Shown piece after piece: positions 28,033 through 38,488 of a stretch of 64,000 nucleotides of DNA; position 1 is the stretch's first letter, and each line of letters starts with the position of its first letter. The DNA lies in the NCBI GenBank assembly GCA_964579325.1, contig CAZOHN010000001.1, positions 66,726-130,725 on the forward strand. Reading direction: 5' to 3'. The translations under genes were made by a program, and so were the position numbers. The stretch comes from an uncultured Rhodobacterales bacterium (GTDB lineage: Bacteria > Pseudomonadota > Alphaproteobacteria > Rhodobacterales > Rhodobacteraceae). The notes under the pieces were generated by a model. It searched no databases. It saw only the letters and a list, made by a program, of their open reading frames with translations, and had not been told where the DNA came from.

Positions 28033-30081
28033 ATGCAGCCAGTGGCTGGACCGGAGGCAGTGCAGGCGGCGATTGTCGGGCGCGACGTCGTTCCGCGCAA
28101 TTCGCGCACCCAAGGTGTCCTCGAAGAGCGTCGGGACCCTGGCGCATTTTCGCGCGTCTTTGCCAATGCCCCGGGATCGCCGCCTTCACCCGATGCGCTC
28201 TATTCCCAGGGCGTGCGACAGGTTTCGTCAGCACTGACAGTCGCCACCTCCGCTGCTGGCGGGGGTACGGTCTCGCACATCTTTCCTCAGCCGGGCGACG
28301 TTTCGGCGGAAGTACGGCCAGAGCCAGATTCGGCGCATGCTTTCGCAAGGAAGCCCGAGAGCGAGGCAGGTCACGAGCCATTGGTCGAACCTGGCCTCGC
28401 TCCCGAAGCGAAGGCAACGCCGAACATTCCGTCAGGCTACTCTCCGCGCGATGTGGAGCCGTTCGGTTGGCGCGGTCATGACCGGCAGGGTCAACTGTTG
28501 GCTGGGCGGATGGATGGAACCCTCGATCCGGAAGCTCCGTCCTCCCAGAGTGATTCCGCGGGCCCACGGACCAGTCCGGAACCGATTGCGCCCGGTACCC
28601 GCGAAATGTGGATAGTTGGTTCGACGCCGGTTGCAACAGACGTGGCCGCTCCTGCGGGCAAACTTTCAGCGACTTGGCATCAGGCGCCCGAAGCCTCCCA
28701 GCCGCCGGGTCAGGCAATGCCCGGGCCGTTCGAGCTGACTGCGACAACGGAACCGCCCGGCCTGCTGGTCGGCCGGCAGGGTGCTTCGATGGATGATCCG
28801 GGAAGGTCGATACCGCAGGTAGCGGCGGCTAACTCAGGTCTGCAGAGCATTCCAGTTTCCGACCGATCCAAGGCTCTTGTGCCCGGCAATCCTGGTCGTC
28901 CGCCGCTGGTTGACCCAGGGGCGGGACTCGAGCCGGTAGTCCCCGCCACGGGAGGAACGCAGCCGCCAGCGGAGGATGACCAGGACGCCCAGCCGGCAGA
29001 TACACATGCGCGAGGTGCCCCCGAGCTGCGTGCCCCGCCCGGCACGCCCGTCCGCGCGACCGAATCCTTCTCCGCGTCGGAGCCCCCGCAAGGTCGGTCG
29101 GGTGCTGCCAGCGAGCCCGTGGTGAAACAACCTGTCCCAGGATTGGTCCCGGTGGTCGCCGACGCGAAGACCATCGCTTCGCCGGAGAGCCGGGTCGCGA
29201 CGGATATGAGTTCTAGGGGCCTCCAGAATGCGCCGCTTGTCGCGGCCACTCCAGAAGGCTCAGACCGCCTTGCATCCTTCGAACGACCGGCCGCTGGCAA
29301 GACGCCAACTTCGCCGATCGCAACACCCGTGCCCATTCTCGAGCGGGTGTCCCTCGCGGAGGTCTCGACGCCCGTGCGCGTTGTGCCCTCCCCGGAGGTG
29401 GACGTCTCGCTTCAGGCTCAGGGAGAGACCATCAGGGGCGACGTGTCGGCGCGGACCGAGAGCGTGAAACCGACTCGGGAAACCACCAGCGCTCGGACGC
29501 AACCTCTGCCGCCGGTCGCAGAAGCCGCGCCGGTCTCCCTGCAGCCGGATGTCTCGTCAATCGCACTCTCGTCCGATGGCGGCGAGCCGGGGCTGTCGCC
29601 CGGCGACATGGCCTTGGGCACGACCCAGGGATCCGAACCAAGGTACAGTTCGATCCAGCCACCGCAACGGGTCGAGACCGGGCAAGGGGTTGCCCATCAG
29701 CTGTCCGTCGCGATCGCCGGCGCCACCAGCGACAAGATCGAACTGGTCCTCGACCCTGCCGAGTTGGGCACGGTGCGTCTCAGCCTGGCTCCAGAAGGCC
29801 AATCAGTGGCGGTTTCCCTCGTGGCCGATCGGGCCGAGACCATGGACCTGCTTCGCCGCCATATCGATCAGCTCGCACGCGACCTTCGCGAAGCGGGCTA
29901 CTCGGACGTCACCTTCAGTTTCGGGCCCCAGACGGGTGGAGGTGGCGGGCACCACTCCACTTCAAGACTTTCCGGGAGTCCGGGGAGCGAACATGGGGGT
30001 TCCGCAGATCCGGTCTCTTCCGAGACCCTGGCAGCTCGACCTCTCTCCGACCGGACGACCGGTCTAGATCTCAGGATGTGA
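28033..30081 (+). CDS. fliK: Hook-length control protein FliK
   Basis: Pro/Ser-rich disordered body and a C-terminal Flg_hook domain (LVLDPAELGTVRLSLAPEGQSVAVSLVADRAETMDLLRRHIDQLARDLREAGY). GTG at 28030 is the alternative start. Confidence 0.8.
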   Translation: MQPVAGPEAVQAAIVGRDVVPRNSRTQGVLEERRDPGAFSRVFANAPGSPPSPDALYSQGVRQVSSALTVATSAAGGGTVSHIFPQPGDVSAEVRPEPDSAHAFARKPESEAGHEPLVEPGLAPEAKATPNIPSGYSPRDVEPFGWRGHDRQGQLLAGRMDGTLDPEAPSSQSDSAGPRTSPEPIAPGTREMWIVGSTPVATDVAAPAGKLSATWHQAPEASQPPGQAMPGPFELTATTEPPGLLVGRQGASMDDPGRSIPQVAAANSGLQSIPVSDRSKALVPGNPGRPPLVDPGAGLEPVVPATGGTQPPAEDDQDAQPADTHARGAPELRAPPGTPVRATESFSASEPPQGRSGAASEPVVKQPVPGLVPVVADAKTIASPESRVATDMSSRGLQNAPLVAATPEGSDRLASFERPAAGKTPTSPIATPVPILERVSLAEVSTPVRVVPSPEVDVSLQAQGETIRGDVSARTESVKPTRETTSARTQPLPPVAEAAPVSLQPDVSSIALSSDGGEPGLSPGDMALGTTQGSEPRYSSIQPPQRVETGQGVAHQLSVAIAGATSDKIELVLDPAELGTVRLSLAPEGQSVAVSLVADRAETMDLLRRHIDQLARDLREAGYSDVTFSFGPQTGGGGGHHSTSRLSGSPGSEHGGSADPVSSETLAARPLSDRTTGLDLRM

Positions 30082-30752
30082 AAGGCAGAAGGATGGATAT
30101 CGGATCACTGAGCACGATCAGCTCGGCTACAAGCGCAGGCAACGAGTCGACCAAGAAGAAAGGTATCGTTTCGGACTATCAGACCTTCTTGAAGATGCTC
30201 ACAACGCAGCTTGAGAACCAGGATCCGCTCAACCCTGCGAAGGCCGACGAGTTCGCGGTGCAGCTCGCCACATTCTCGTCGGTCGAGCAGCAGGTCCGGA
30301 CCAACGACTTGCTTGCCCAGCTTGGGACCCAGTTCGCGGCCATGGGAATGACGCAGTTCGCCGGTTGGGTTGGCATGGATGCGCGCGCCTCGGCCCCGGC
30401 GAACTTCCACGGCGCGCCGGTCACGCTTGCCCTCTCGCCCGCGGCGGGGGCCGATCGAACCGAGCTGGTCGTCCGCGACGCGTCGGGACGCGAGCTGGAG
30501 CGTTTCGATATCCCGGCGACGGCTGGCACCTACATCTGGGACGGCCGCAACCAGTTCGGCGGGTCCTATCTCCACGGTCTCTACAGCTTCGATCTGGTGA
30601 GCTTCCAGGGAGACACGCCGGTTGCGACGACGCCGGTCGAGACCTTCGGCCGGGTCATCGAGGCGCGAATCGAGAATGGCCAGACGGTGATCGTCAGGGA
30701 GGGCGGCGTCGTTGTTCCCACGGCGGACGTCACCGGGGTCCGCGCCGGCTGA
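30078..30752 (+). CDS. flgD: Hook capping protein FlgD
   Basis: DYQTFLKMLTTQLENQDPLNP motif. The GTG overlaps the fliK stop; the alternative ATG is at 30093. Confidence 0.88.
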   Translation: MKGRRMDIGSLSTISSATSAGNESTKKKGIVSDYQTFLKMLTTQLENQDPLNPAKADEFAVQLATFSSVEQQVRTNDLLAQLGTQFAAMGMTQFAGWVGMDARASAPANFHGAPVTLALSPAAGADRTELVVRDASGRELERFDIPATAGTYIWDGRNQFGGSYLHGLYSFDLVSFQGDTPVATTPVETFGRVIEARIENGQTVIVREGGVVVPTADVTGVRAG

Positions 30753-30753
30753 T

Positions 30754-32286
30754 TTATCGGTTCAGTAGCACGGCGGCTGTCGCCGCCGCGCCGATGGTTG
30801 CGCCTCCGAGCGCCCAGAGAAGCCCGCGGGCCAGCCGCGGTTTCTCCGGCGGCCTTGCTTCTTCAGTCTGTCGGATCAGGGCACTCTCCGCCAGTTTCGG
30901 CAGCTTTGGTCCGAACCGCGCGAGAACGCGCGCGGTTTGAGCGAGATCACGCAGCAACGCACGCGGGCCGACATTCTGCCGGATGTAGTCCTCGACGATG
31001 GGTTGGGCGACCTTCCAGATGTTGATCGTCGGATTGAGCGACCGGGCCACGCCCTCGACCACCACCATCGTCCTCTGCAGGAGGATGAGTTCGGTGCGCG
31101 TCTCCATCCCGAAGCGCTCGGTCACCTCGAACAGGTAGGCCAGAAGCCGGGCCATGGAGATCCGGGTTGCATCCATTCCAAAGATCGGCTCGCCCACACT
31201 GCGCAGAGCCCTGGCGAATTCGTCGATATCGCGATCCGCGGGAACGTAACCCGCCTCGAAATGCACCTCGGCGACGCGGCGGTAGTCCTTGCGGATGAAC
31301 CCAAAAAGGATTTCAGCATAGACCCGCCGGGTGTATTCGTCGAGGCGTCCCATTATTCCGAAATCGTAGGCGATGATCTCGCCCTCGGCGCCCACCTTCA
31401 GGTTCCCCTGGTGCATGTCGGCGTGAAAGTAGCCGTCGCGCAGGGCGTGCTGCAGGAACAGCTGCAGGACACGCTCGCCAAGCGCGTCGCAGTCGTGGCC
31501 TGCCGCGCGGATCTCTGGGACATGGCCCATCGGTATGCCCTCTGCCCAGCCCAGTGTCATCACGTTGCGGCTGGACAGGAACCAGTGCGGCCTGGGCACG
31601 CGGAAGCCCTTGTCGCTGGCGGTATTCGCGGCAAACTCGGCCGCGGCGGAGCTTTCGAGACGCAGGTCGAGCTCCCCCATCACCACGCCCTCGAAGTGGC
31701 GGATGACATCGGTGGGGCGCAGGCGCCGCGAAGCCGGCGACAGCGTCTCGATCAGCCATGCGGCGAAGTAGAAGGCGTCGATGTCCTTTCGGAAGGCCTG
31801 TAGGATGCGCGGGCGCAGCACCTTGACGGCGACCTCCTCGCCCGAATCTGTCAACCGCGCCCGATGAACCTGGGCAATCGACGCGGCGGCGACGGGTTCG
31901 GAGAACTCCGAGAATGACTGGTCGACCGGAAGCCCGAGTTCTTCCTCGATCATCCGCTTTGCTACCGCGGTCGGGAACGGCGGCAGCTTATCCTGCAGGA
32001 CCCGCAACTGGTTTGCGACTTCGTCCCCGACGACGTCGGGACGGGTGGAAAGGACCTGGCCGAACTTGATGTAGGCGGGTCCAAGTGCAGTCAGCGCGCG
32101 CGTCGCGGGCGGCATCGACGGGTCACCCTTCAGGCCCAGCCACTTGAACGGCCACCCCAGGATTCTCGCCGCAATGCGGAGGTTCGGCGGGGCGTTGAAG
32201 GCGTCGAGCACAACCCGCATGGCCCCGGTGCGCTCCAGAGTTGCGCCCGTCCGGATCAAGCGGACGATGTTGTGCGGGCCCTTCAC
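30754..32286 (-). CDS. ubiB: Ubiquinone biosynthesis protein kinase UbiB
   Basis: ABC1/UbiB kinase motifs (AAASIAQVHRA, FHADMHQGNL). GTG at 32286 lies 1 nt after the ubiE stop. Confidence 0.88.
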   Translation of the reverse strand: MKGPHNIVRLIRTGATLERTGAMRVVLDAFNAPPNLRIAARILGWPFKWLGLKGDPSMPPATRALTALGPAYIKFGQVLSTRPDVVGDEVANQLRVLQDKLPPFPTAVAKRMIEEELGLPVDQSFSEFSEPVAAASIAQVHRARLTDSGEEVAVKVLRPRILQAFRKDIDAFYFAAWLIETLSPASRRLRPTDVIRHFEGVVMGELDLRLESSAAAEFAANTASDKGFRVPRPHWFLSSRNVMTLGWAEGIPMGHVPEIRAAGHDCDALGERVLQLFLQHALRDGYFHADMHQGNLKVGAEGEIIAYDFGIMGRLDEYTRRVYAEILFGFIRKDYRRVAEVHFEAGYVPADRDIDEFARALRSVGEPIFGMDATRISMARLLAYLFEVTERFGMETRTELILLQRTMVVVEGVARSLNPTINIWKVAQPIVEDYIRQNVGPRALLRDLAQTARVLARFGPKLPKLAESALIRQTEEARPPEKPRLARGLLWALGGATIGAAATAAVLLNR

Positions 32287-32287
32287 G

Positions 32288-33040
32288 TCAGAGTTTCCAC
32301 CCGGAATGCAGCGCGGCGACACCCATCGTCATGTTACGGTACCTGACCTGGTCGAACCCGGCACCGTGGATCATCGTGGCGAAGGTTTCCTGGTCGGGAA
32401 ACCGTCGGATCGACTCGACAAGATACTGATAGCTTGCGCGATCCCCCGCCACGACCTGGCCCATGGCCGGAATCACGTTGAACGAGTAACGGTCGTAGAG
32501 CCACTGCAGGCCCGGGTTCGGCAACTGGCTGAACTCCAGAACCATCAATCGCCCGCCCGGCCGGAGCACACGGAAGGCCTCGGACAGCGCGTCCTCGATC
32601 CGGGTGACATTCCGGATCCCGAAGCTGATCGTGTACACATCGAATGTTGCGTCCGGGAAGGGCAGGGTCATCGCGTCGCCCACAATCCAGGTCAGGCTGT
32701 CCGACAACTTCTCGGCCTCGGCCCGCTTCTGCCCTTCGACGAGCATCGATTCCGTCATGTCGAGCACTGTCGCCGTAGCGCCGGGCGCGCGTCGAAGGAA
32801 TCGGAAGGCGATATCCCCCGTGCCGCCGGCGACGTCGAGTAGGTTCTGCCCCCTGCGCGGCGCCAGCCAGTCCATCATGGCGTCCTTCCAGAGCCGGTGG
32901 ACACCCCCGCTCATCAGGTCGTTCATCACGTCATAGCGGCTCGCCACGCGCGTGAAGACACCGTGCACCCGCCCGGCCTTCTCCGACTCGGGCACGTCCT
33001 CGAACCCAAAATGTGTAGTTTTCTCGTCTTCGTCAGCCAT
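32288..33040 (-). CDS. ubiE: Ubiquinone/menaquinone C-methyltransferase UbiE
   Basis: ATG at 33040. [36 protein letters not shown] and the SAM motif [10 protein letters not shown]. Confidence 0.9.
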   Translation of the reverse strand: MADEDEKTTHFGFEDVPESEKAGRVHGVFTRVASRYDVMNDLMSGGVHRLWKDAMMDWLAPRRGQNLLDVAGGTGDIAFRFLRRAPGATATVLDMTESMLVEGQKRAEAEKLSDSLTWIVGDAMTLPFPDATFDVYTISFGIRNVTRIEDALSEAFRVLRPGGRLMVLEFSQLPNPGLQWLYDRYSFNVIPAMGQVVAGDRASYQYLVESIRRFPDQETFATMIHGAGFDQVRYRNMTMGVAALHSGWKL

Positions 33041-33131
33041 CTGCCCTTGCCGCCACCGAGGAGTCTCCCTCCTTATAGGGCGCCCGGAGGGGCTGTCCAT
33101 GCGGCCCACCCGCCGCAGGGGGAGAGTGAGA

Positions 33132-33983
33132 GTGCCCGAACTTCCAGAAGTCGAAACGGTTCGGCGCGGTCTTGTGTCGGTAATGGAGGGCCGTCGCTTA
33201 GAAGGCGTGGCCGTCAACCGGCCCGACCTGCGCTGGCCGCTCCCCGAGCGAATGGCCGAACGACTCAAAGGTGCCCGCGTCGAGCGGCTGCGGCGGCGAT
33301 CGAAGTATATCCTCGCCGACCTCTCGACCGGGGAGAGCCTGATCGTGCACCTCGGGATGTCAGGTCGAATCCTCGTCTCGGGCGTCACGCTGGGAGGGTT
33401 TCATCACTCCCACCCTGTGCCTCAGAAGCACGACCACGTGGTGTTCGAGATGGAGGGCGGGGGCCGCGTCACGTTCAACGACGCGCGCCGGTTCGGAGCG
33501 ATGGACCTGATCGAGACAACCCGGGTGGAGGATCACTGGCTTCTGGCTGGACTCGGCCCCGAACCGCTCGGCAACGCCTTTGACGAGGCCTATCTTGTGG
33601 CGCGACTGCGGGGACGGAACACGCCCGTGAAGGCGGCGCTGCTCGACCAGAGGGTCGTAGCCGGACTCGGCAACATCTACGTGTGCGAGGTCCTGCACAG
33701 GGCGGGCATCTCACCCGCGCGCAAGGCCGGACACATCGCTTCGGACCGCGTTGCGCGCCTTGTTCCCCAAATTCGGGAGGTTCTTACCGAAGCGATCGAG
33801 GCTGGCGGGTCGAGCCTGCGCGACTATCGGAGGGCGGACGGGGAACTGGGCTATTTCCAGCACGCGTTTCGGGTCTACAATCGCGAGGGTGCGCCCTGTC
33901 CCTCCCCGGGGTGCGACAGAACCATCCGGAGGATCGTGCAGTCCGGCCGTTCGTCGTTCTACTGCCCGGCCTGCCAAAGATAG
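33132..33983 (+). CDS. mutM: Formamidopyrimidine-DNA glycosylase
   Basis: GTG at 33132 yields (M)[14 protein letters not shown]-terminal zinc finger CPSPGC...FYCPACQ. Confidence 0.9.
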   Translation: MPELPEVETVRRGLVSVMEGRRLEGVAVNRPDLRWPLPERMAERLKGARVERLRRRSKYILADLSTGESLIVHLGMSGRILVSGVTLGGFHHSHPVPQKHDHVVFEMEGGGRVTFNDARRFGAMDLIETTRVEDHWLLAGLGPEPLGNAFDEAYLVARLRGRNTPVKAALLDQRVVAGLGNIYVCEVLHRAGISPARKAGHIASDRVARLVPQIREVLTEAIEAGGSSLRDYRRADGELGYFQHAFRVYNREGAPCPSPGCDRTIRRIVQSGRSSFYCPACQR

Positions 33984-34042
33984 CTTGAACCTTGCCGCCG
34001 CGGTGTTAGGACTCGCGCCCGACGCCAGCGAAGGGGAACGCG

Positions 34043-34819
34043 ATGGCCTACCAGACGATCATCGTCGAGGTTGAGGACTACGTGGCGACGATCCGGCTGA
34101 ACCGGCCCGACGCCCTGAACGCCCTCAACTCCCAACTGATGGCCGAGCTCGCGGATGCCGTGAAGTCGGCCGACGGCAATGAACGAGTGCGGTGTATCAT
34201 CCTGACCGGGTCGGAGAAGGCCTTCGCGGCCGGGGCCGACATCAAGGAGATGGCCGAGAAGACATTCGTGGAGGCCTTCACCGACGACCTGTTCACAGGT
34301 CCCACCGAACAGATCCTGCGCTGCCGCAAGCCGATCATCGCGGCCGTCTCAGGCTATTGCCTGGGTGGCGGCTGCGAACTGGCAATGATGTGCGATATCA
34401 TTATCGCTTCGGAGACCGCCAAGTTCGGCCAGCCGGAGATCAACCTCGGGACAATGGCCGGAATTGGCGGCACGCAGCGGCTCACGCGGATCGTCGGCAA
34501 GTCGAAGGCGATGGACATGCACCTGACAGGTCGCTTCATGGATGCGGTCGAAGCGGAGCGGTCCGGTCTTGTCAGCAGGGTCGTCCCGGTGAAACGGCTC
34601 ATGGAGGAGGCGCTCTCGGCGGCAAACAAGATTGCCGAAAAGTCCACCCTGACCGCCATGGCTGTGAAGGAGACAGTCAACCGCTCTTACGAGACCACCC
34701 TGAGAGAGGGGCTCCTGTTTGAGCGGCGGCTGTTCCACGCGCTGTTCGCGTCCGAAGACCAGAAGGAAGGGATGAACGCCTTTCTCGAAAAGCGCACTCC
34801 GCAGTTCCGTGACCGCTGA
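34043..34819 (+). CDS. Enoyl-CoA hydratase (crotonase family)
   Basis: 258 aa (RPDALNALN...[10 protein letters not shown]...[18 protein letters not shown]). Confidence 0.88.
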   Translation: MAYQTIIVEVEDYVATIRLNRPDALNALNSQLMAELADAVKSADGNERVRCIILTGSEKAFAAGADIKEMAEKTFVEAFTDDLFTGPTEQILRCRKPIIAAVSGYCLGGGCELAMMCDIIIASETAKFGQPEINLGTMAGIGGTQRLTRIVGKSKAMDMHLTGRFMDAVEAERSGLVSRVVPVKRLMEEALSAANKIAEKSTLTAMAVKETVNRSYETTLREGLLFERRLFHALFASEDQKEGMNAFLEKRTPQFRDR

Positions 34820-34860
34820 AGGCGGACCACAGGGAAGCGAAAGGCCGCCGGAAATGGCCG

Positions 34861-34889
34861 TTGACTTGGCGGTGAGTCGGTCCTAGAAG
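34861..34889 (+). promoter_or_regulatory. Predicted sigma70-type promoter of rpsT
   Basis: TTGACT-N17-TAGAAG, about 48 nt upstream of the rpsT ATG. Confidence 0.4.
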
Positions 34890-34936
34890 CGCGTCTTCAA
34901 GTCGAAACGCAGCCCTTTTGAGGGACGAGAGAACAC

Positions 34937-35203
34937 ATGGCAAATACGCCCTCATCGAAGAAGCGCGCCCGCCAGACCGAGCGCAAGACCGCGGTCAACA
35001 AAGCCCGCAAGTCGCGCATCCGCACGTTCCTCCGCAAGGTGGAAGAGGCGCTGGCGGTCGGCAGCAAGGACGCTGCAGCCGAGGCACTGAAGTCGGCGCA
35101 GCCCGAACTGATGCGCGGTGTGACCAAAGGCATCGTCCACAAGAACACGGCCTCGCGGAAAATCTCTCGTCTTTCGGCCCGGGTGAAGGCTCTGACGGCC
35201 TGA
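34937..35203 (+). CDS. rpsT: 30S ribosomal protein S20
   Basis: 88 aa ([38 protein letters not shown]). Confidence 0.93.
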   Translation: MANTPSSKKRARQTERKTAVNKARKSRIRTFLRKVEEALAVGSKDAAAEALKSAQPELMRGVTKGIVHKNTASRKISRLSARVKALTA

Positions 35204-35231
35204 TCGTCACCTCTATCGAAGCCCCGTATAG

Positions 35232-35253
35232 CGCCGCCCTAGGGCGGCGTTTT
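35232..35253 (+). terminator. Rho-independent terminator after rpsT
   Basis: Perfect palindrome CGCCGCCCTAGGGCGGCG followed by TTTT. Confidence 0.7.
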
Positions 35254-35819
35254 GCTGTTCTGGCACCCCCATTGGTTGCATGGTCTCCGGCCCCATACGT
35301 TAACGAATTCCCTTTGTTTCGTTAGCAATTCGCCATGGGTGATGCAGCCGTGCAAGGGCCGGCTGGATTCGTTCCGCCGAAAGAGCCGTCAAGCGTGAAG
35401 TTCTGTTGCGGCGCTGGCTGCGGGCTTGGTAGCGTTCTCTTGCGATTCACGTCGCCTTGGGGGGGACTTGGGAAAGGCACGGAACCGAAGGTCTGGAAGC
35501 GGGGCATCGTGTCTCCGCTTCATGGGACCGGACCGAGGTTCCAGAGTGTCCCGATCACATCGCTTTCGGACGCCTGTCCGTTCCGTGTGATCGTGGTCTG
35601 CAGTGTGTCGGCCTGCCACGCCGTCAGATTGCAATGCCGACCTGTCCAAAGGCCGCTTGCTTGCGGTCATTCTCGGCTGGACTGCGGCGAAGCCGCAGAG
35701 CGGTCACCTGCGCGGGTCTTGGCCCTGCGCGGCCCTGGGCCTCGTATTTCGCACTTTCGCCGGGAGAGTGTCCCGGCGGTTTGTGAACGACCGGAAACCG
35801 GCGGATGGGTGCGACGAGA

Positions 35820-37178
35820 ATGACGAGCGAGACATGGGGACTGGTACTGTCGGAGCTGCAGCGGACCGTGGGTCAGAACAACTACACCACCTGGCTTGAG
35901 CCTTTGGTCTTCAAATCCCTCGATGATGGCGTGGCCATTGTTCATGCCCCAACCAGCTTCGTCGCAAACTGGGTCGAGCGGCACTACGGGGAAACCATAC
36001 TTCGCGAATTGGCGCGAACTGGCGTCGAGGTGCAGCGCCTCGAAGTGAAGGTCGCGCTGCGGTCGCCGCCGCGCAAGCACCCTCCGACCACGGTCGCGCG
36101 TCGTGCCAGCGCGATGCGTCACGGGGACGACATCGACCTTCCGGGCGCGCCACTTGACGGGAGATTCACGTTCGACAGTTTCGTGGTGGGCAAACCGAAC
36201 GAGCTTGCTCACGCCGCCGCGCGCCGTGTCGGCGAGGGTGGACCGGTATCGTTCAACCCACTGTTCCTTTATGGTGGCGTGGGCCTCGGCAAAACCCACC
36301 TGATGCACGCCATCGCATGGGAGCTTCAGACGCGCCGGCCTGAACTTCGGGTGGTTTATCTGTCGGCAGAGCAGTTCATGTATCGCTTCGTGCAGGCGCT
36401 TCGCGAGAAGGACATGATCTCCTTCAAGACGTTGTTCCGGTCGGTGGACGTGCTCATGGTTGACGACGTGCAGTTCATCGCAGGCAAGGACAGCACGCAG
36501 GAGGAGTTCTTCCATACGTTCAACGCGCTGGTGGATCAGAACAAGCAGATCGTGATTTCCGCCGATCGCGCACCCGGAGAGATCAAGGATCTCGAGGAGC
36601 GCATCAAGAGCCGCCTGCAATGCGGCCTCGTCGTAGATCTTCATCCGACGGACTACGAATTGCGTCTCGGTATCCTGCAAAGCAAGGCCGAATACTATCG
36701 GCGCCAGTACCACGGCCTCACAATAGAGAATGGTGTCCTCGAGTTCCTCGCGCATCGGATCACAAGCAACGTTCGCGTTCTTGAGGGTGCGCTGACGCGC
36801 CTGTTCGCCTTTTCCTCGCTCGTCGGCCGCGACATTTCCCTCGACCTCGCGCAGGACTGCCTGTCCGATATTCTCAAGCAATCCGAACGCAAGGTCACCG
36901 TTGAGGAGATCCAGCGGAAGGTCAGCGAGCACTACAACATCCGGCTTTCGGACATGCTCGGGCCGAAAAGGGTGCGCAACATCGCCCGACCGCGCCAGAT
37001 TGCGATGTACCTCGCCAAGGCGCTCACCACGCGCAGTCTGCCAGAGATTGGCCGCCGTTTCGGGGGGCGCGACCATACCACTGTCATGCACGGAGTGCGG
37101 CGCATCGAGGAGTTGAAGGGCAGCGACTTCCAGATGGCGGAAGACATCGAAATGCTGCGCCGGACACTCGAAGGCTGA
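35820..37178 (+). CDS. dnaA: Chromosomal replication initiator DnaA
   Basis: AAA+ Walker A GGVGLGKTHL, Walker B DVLMVDDVQF, and the C-terminal DNA-binding helix (FGGRDHTTVMHGVRRIE). I prefer the ATG at 35820; an in-frame ATG at 35805 is also possible. Confidence 0.93.
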   Translation: MTSETWGLVLSELQRTVGQNNYTTWLEPLVFKSLDDGVAIVHAPTSFVANWVERHYGETILRELARTGVEVQRLEVKVALRSPPRKHPPTTVARRASAMRHGDDIDLPGAPLDGRFTFDSFVVGKPNELAHAAARRVGEGGPVSFNPLFLYGGVGLGKTHLMHAIAWELQTRRPELRVVYLSAEQFMYRFVQALREKDMISFKTLFRSVDVLMVDDVQFIAGKDSTQEEFFHTFNALVDQNKQIVISADRAPGEIKDLEERIKSRLQCGLVVDLHPTDYELRLGILQSKAEYYRRQYHGLTIENGVLEFLAHRITSNVRVLEGALTRLFAFSSLVGRDISLDLAQDCLSDILKQSERKVTVEEIQRKVSEHYNIRLSDMLGPKRVRNIARPRQIAMYLAKALTTRSLPEIGRRFGGRDHTTVMHGVRRIEELKGSDFQMAEDIEMLRRTLEG

Positions 37179-37299
37179 CCGCGCGCCAGTCGGTGCACCG
37201 GATGGTCCCGAAAGACCTTGTGCGTATCCCGGGATTGGCTCATTTTGCCGTCCCGGCCCGTGGCCTCGCCCGCCACCCCGGCACAGAGGGAGCGAGGGA

Positions 37300-38418
37300 A
37301 TGAAGTTCAGCATCGAACGCGGCGCGCTGCTCAAGGCGGTCGGCCAGGCACAGTCTGTTGTCGAGCGGCGCAACACGATCCCGATCCTCGCGAACGTCCT
37401 GATCGAAGCCGAGGGCGGAGATGTAAGTTTTCGCGCAACCGACCTCGACATCGAGGTGGTGGATCGCGCACCGGCGATGGTCGAGCGCCCGGGGTCCACG
37501 ACCGTCTCTGCAGTGACGTTGCACGAGATCGTTCGCAAGCTGCCCGATGGAGCGCTGGTAAGCCTTGGGGCCGATGCCGCCACCGGGCGGCTGACGGTGC
37601 AGGCCGGCAAGTCGACCTTCTCGCTCGCGACGCTGCCGAAAGAGGACTTCCCGGTCATGGCATCGTCGGAGTACACCACGAACTTCACCATCCCGGCCCC
37701 GGTGCTGCGCCGGCTCTTCGACAAGTCGAAGTTCGCGATTTCGAATGAGGAGACACGCTATTACCTCAACGGCGTCTACATGCATGTGGCCCAGGGAGAT
37801 GCGGGCCCGGTGTTACGCTGTGTCGCGACCGACGGGCACCGCCTCGCCCGGATCGACGCCGAGGTGCCGGACGGAGCGTCGGGAATGCCGGGCGTCATCG
37901 TGCCGCGCAAGACCGTGGGCGAACTGCGCAAGCTTCTCGATGACGACGAACAGAAGATCGCCGTGTCGGTGAGCGAGACCAAGGTACGTTTCGCCACGCC
38001 CGAAATCACTCTCACCTCGAAGGTCATCGACGGCACCTTCCCGGATTACAGTCGTGTCATTCCCAGTGGCAACACGCGACGGCTCGAAGTCGACGCCGCC
38101 GAATTCGCGCAAGCCGTCGATCGAGTTGCCACCGTATCGTCGGAGCGGAGCCGTGCAGTCAAACTCGCGCTCGACGAGGATCGTCTGGTACTGAGCGTCA
38201 ATGCGCCTGACAGCGGCGCGGCTGAAGAAGAGCTCGCGGTAGCCTATGGGGACGACCGTCTCGAGATCGGCTTCAACGCGAAGTATCTCCTCGAAATTGC
38301 AAGCCAGGTTGATCGGGAGAACGCGGTTTTCCTGTTCAACTCGTCGGGTGACCCGACTTTGATGCGCGAGGGCAACGACATGTCGGCGGTCTACGTCGTC
38401 ATGCCGATGCGCGTGTGA
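37300..38418 (+). CDS. dnaN: DNA polymerase III beta sliding clamp
   Basis: 372 aa (MKFSIERGALLKAVGQAQSVVERRNTIPILANVLIEA ... MPMRV). Confidence 0.93.
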   Translation: MKFSIERGALLKAVGQAQSVVERRNTIPILANVLIEAEGGDVSFRATDLDIEVVDRAPAMVERPGSTTVSAVTLHEIVRKLPDGALVSLGADAATGRLTVQAGKSTFSLATLPKEDFPVMASSEYTTNFTIPAPVLRRLFDKSKFAISNEETRYYLNGVYMHVAQGDAGPVLRCVATDGHRLARIDAEVPDGASGMPGVIVPRKTVGELRKLLDDDEQKIAVSVSETKVRFATPEITLTSKVIDGTFPDYSRVIPSGNTRRLEVDAAEFAQAVDRVATVSSERSRAVKLALDEDRLVLSVNAPDSGAAEEELAVAYGDDRLEIGFNAKYLLEIASQVDRENAVFLFNSSGDPTLMREGNDMSAVYVVMPMRV

Positions 38419-38488
38419 TGGACCGGGCTGGCGGGGGCGCCGTTGCCCCCCTCGGCACACTCCCGGGAAGCCTCGGACAAGTGAAGAG

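Noticed and set aside
27998-28747. Upstream extension of the FlgJ-like ORF (track 27614..28747)
   Set aside because: It is antisense to fliK and has no motif. The rod-binding domain needs only the last 127 codons.
35782-35790. DnaA box upstream of dnaA
   Set aside because: TGTGAACGA matches only 7 of 9 positions of TGTGNATAA. No cluster of boxes is visible, which is insufficient to call oriC.
35667-37724. 685-aa ORF antisense to dnaA and dnaN
   Set aside because: It fully overlaps two unmistakable genes on the + strand and has a low-complexity Arg/Ala/Gly composition. It is a shadow ORF.
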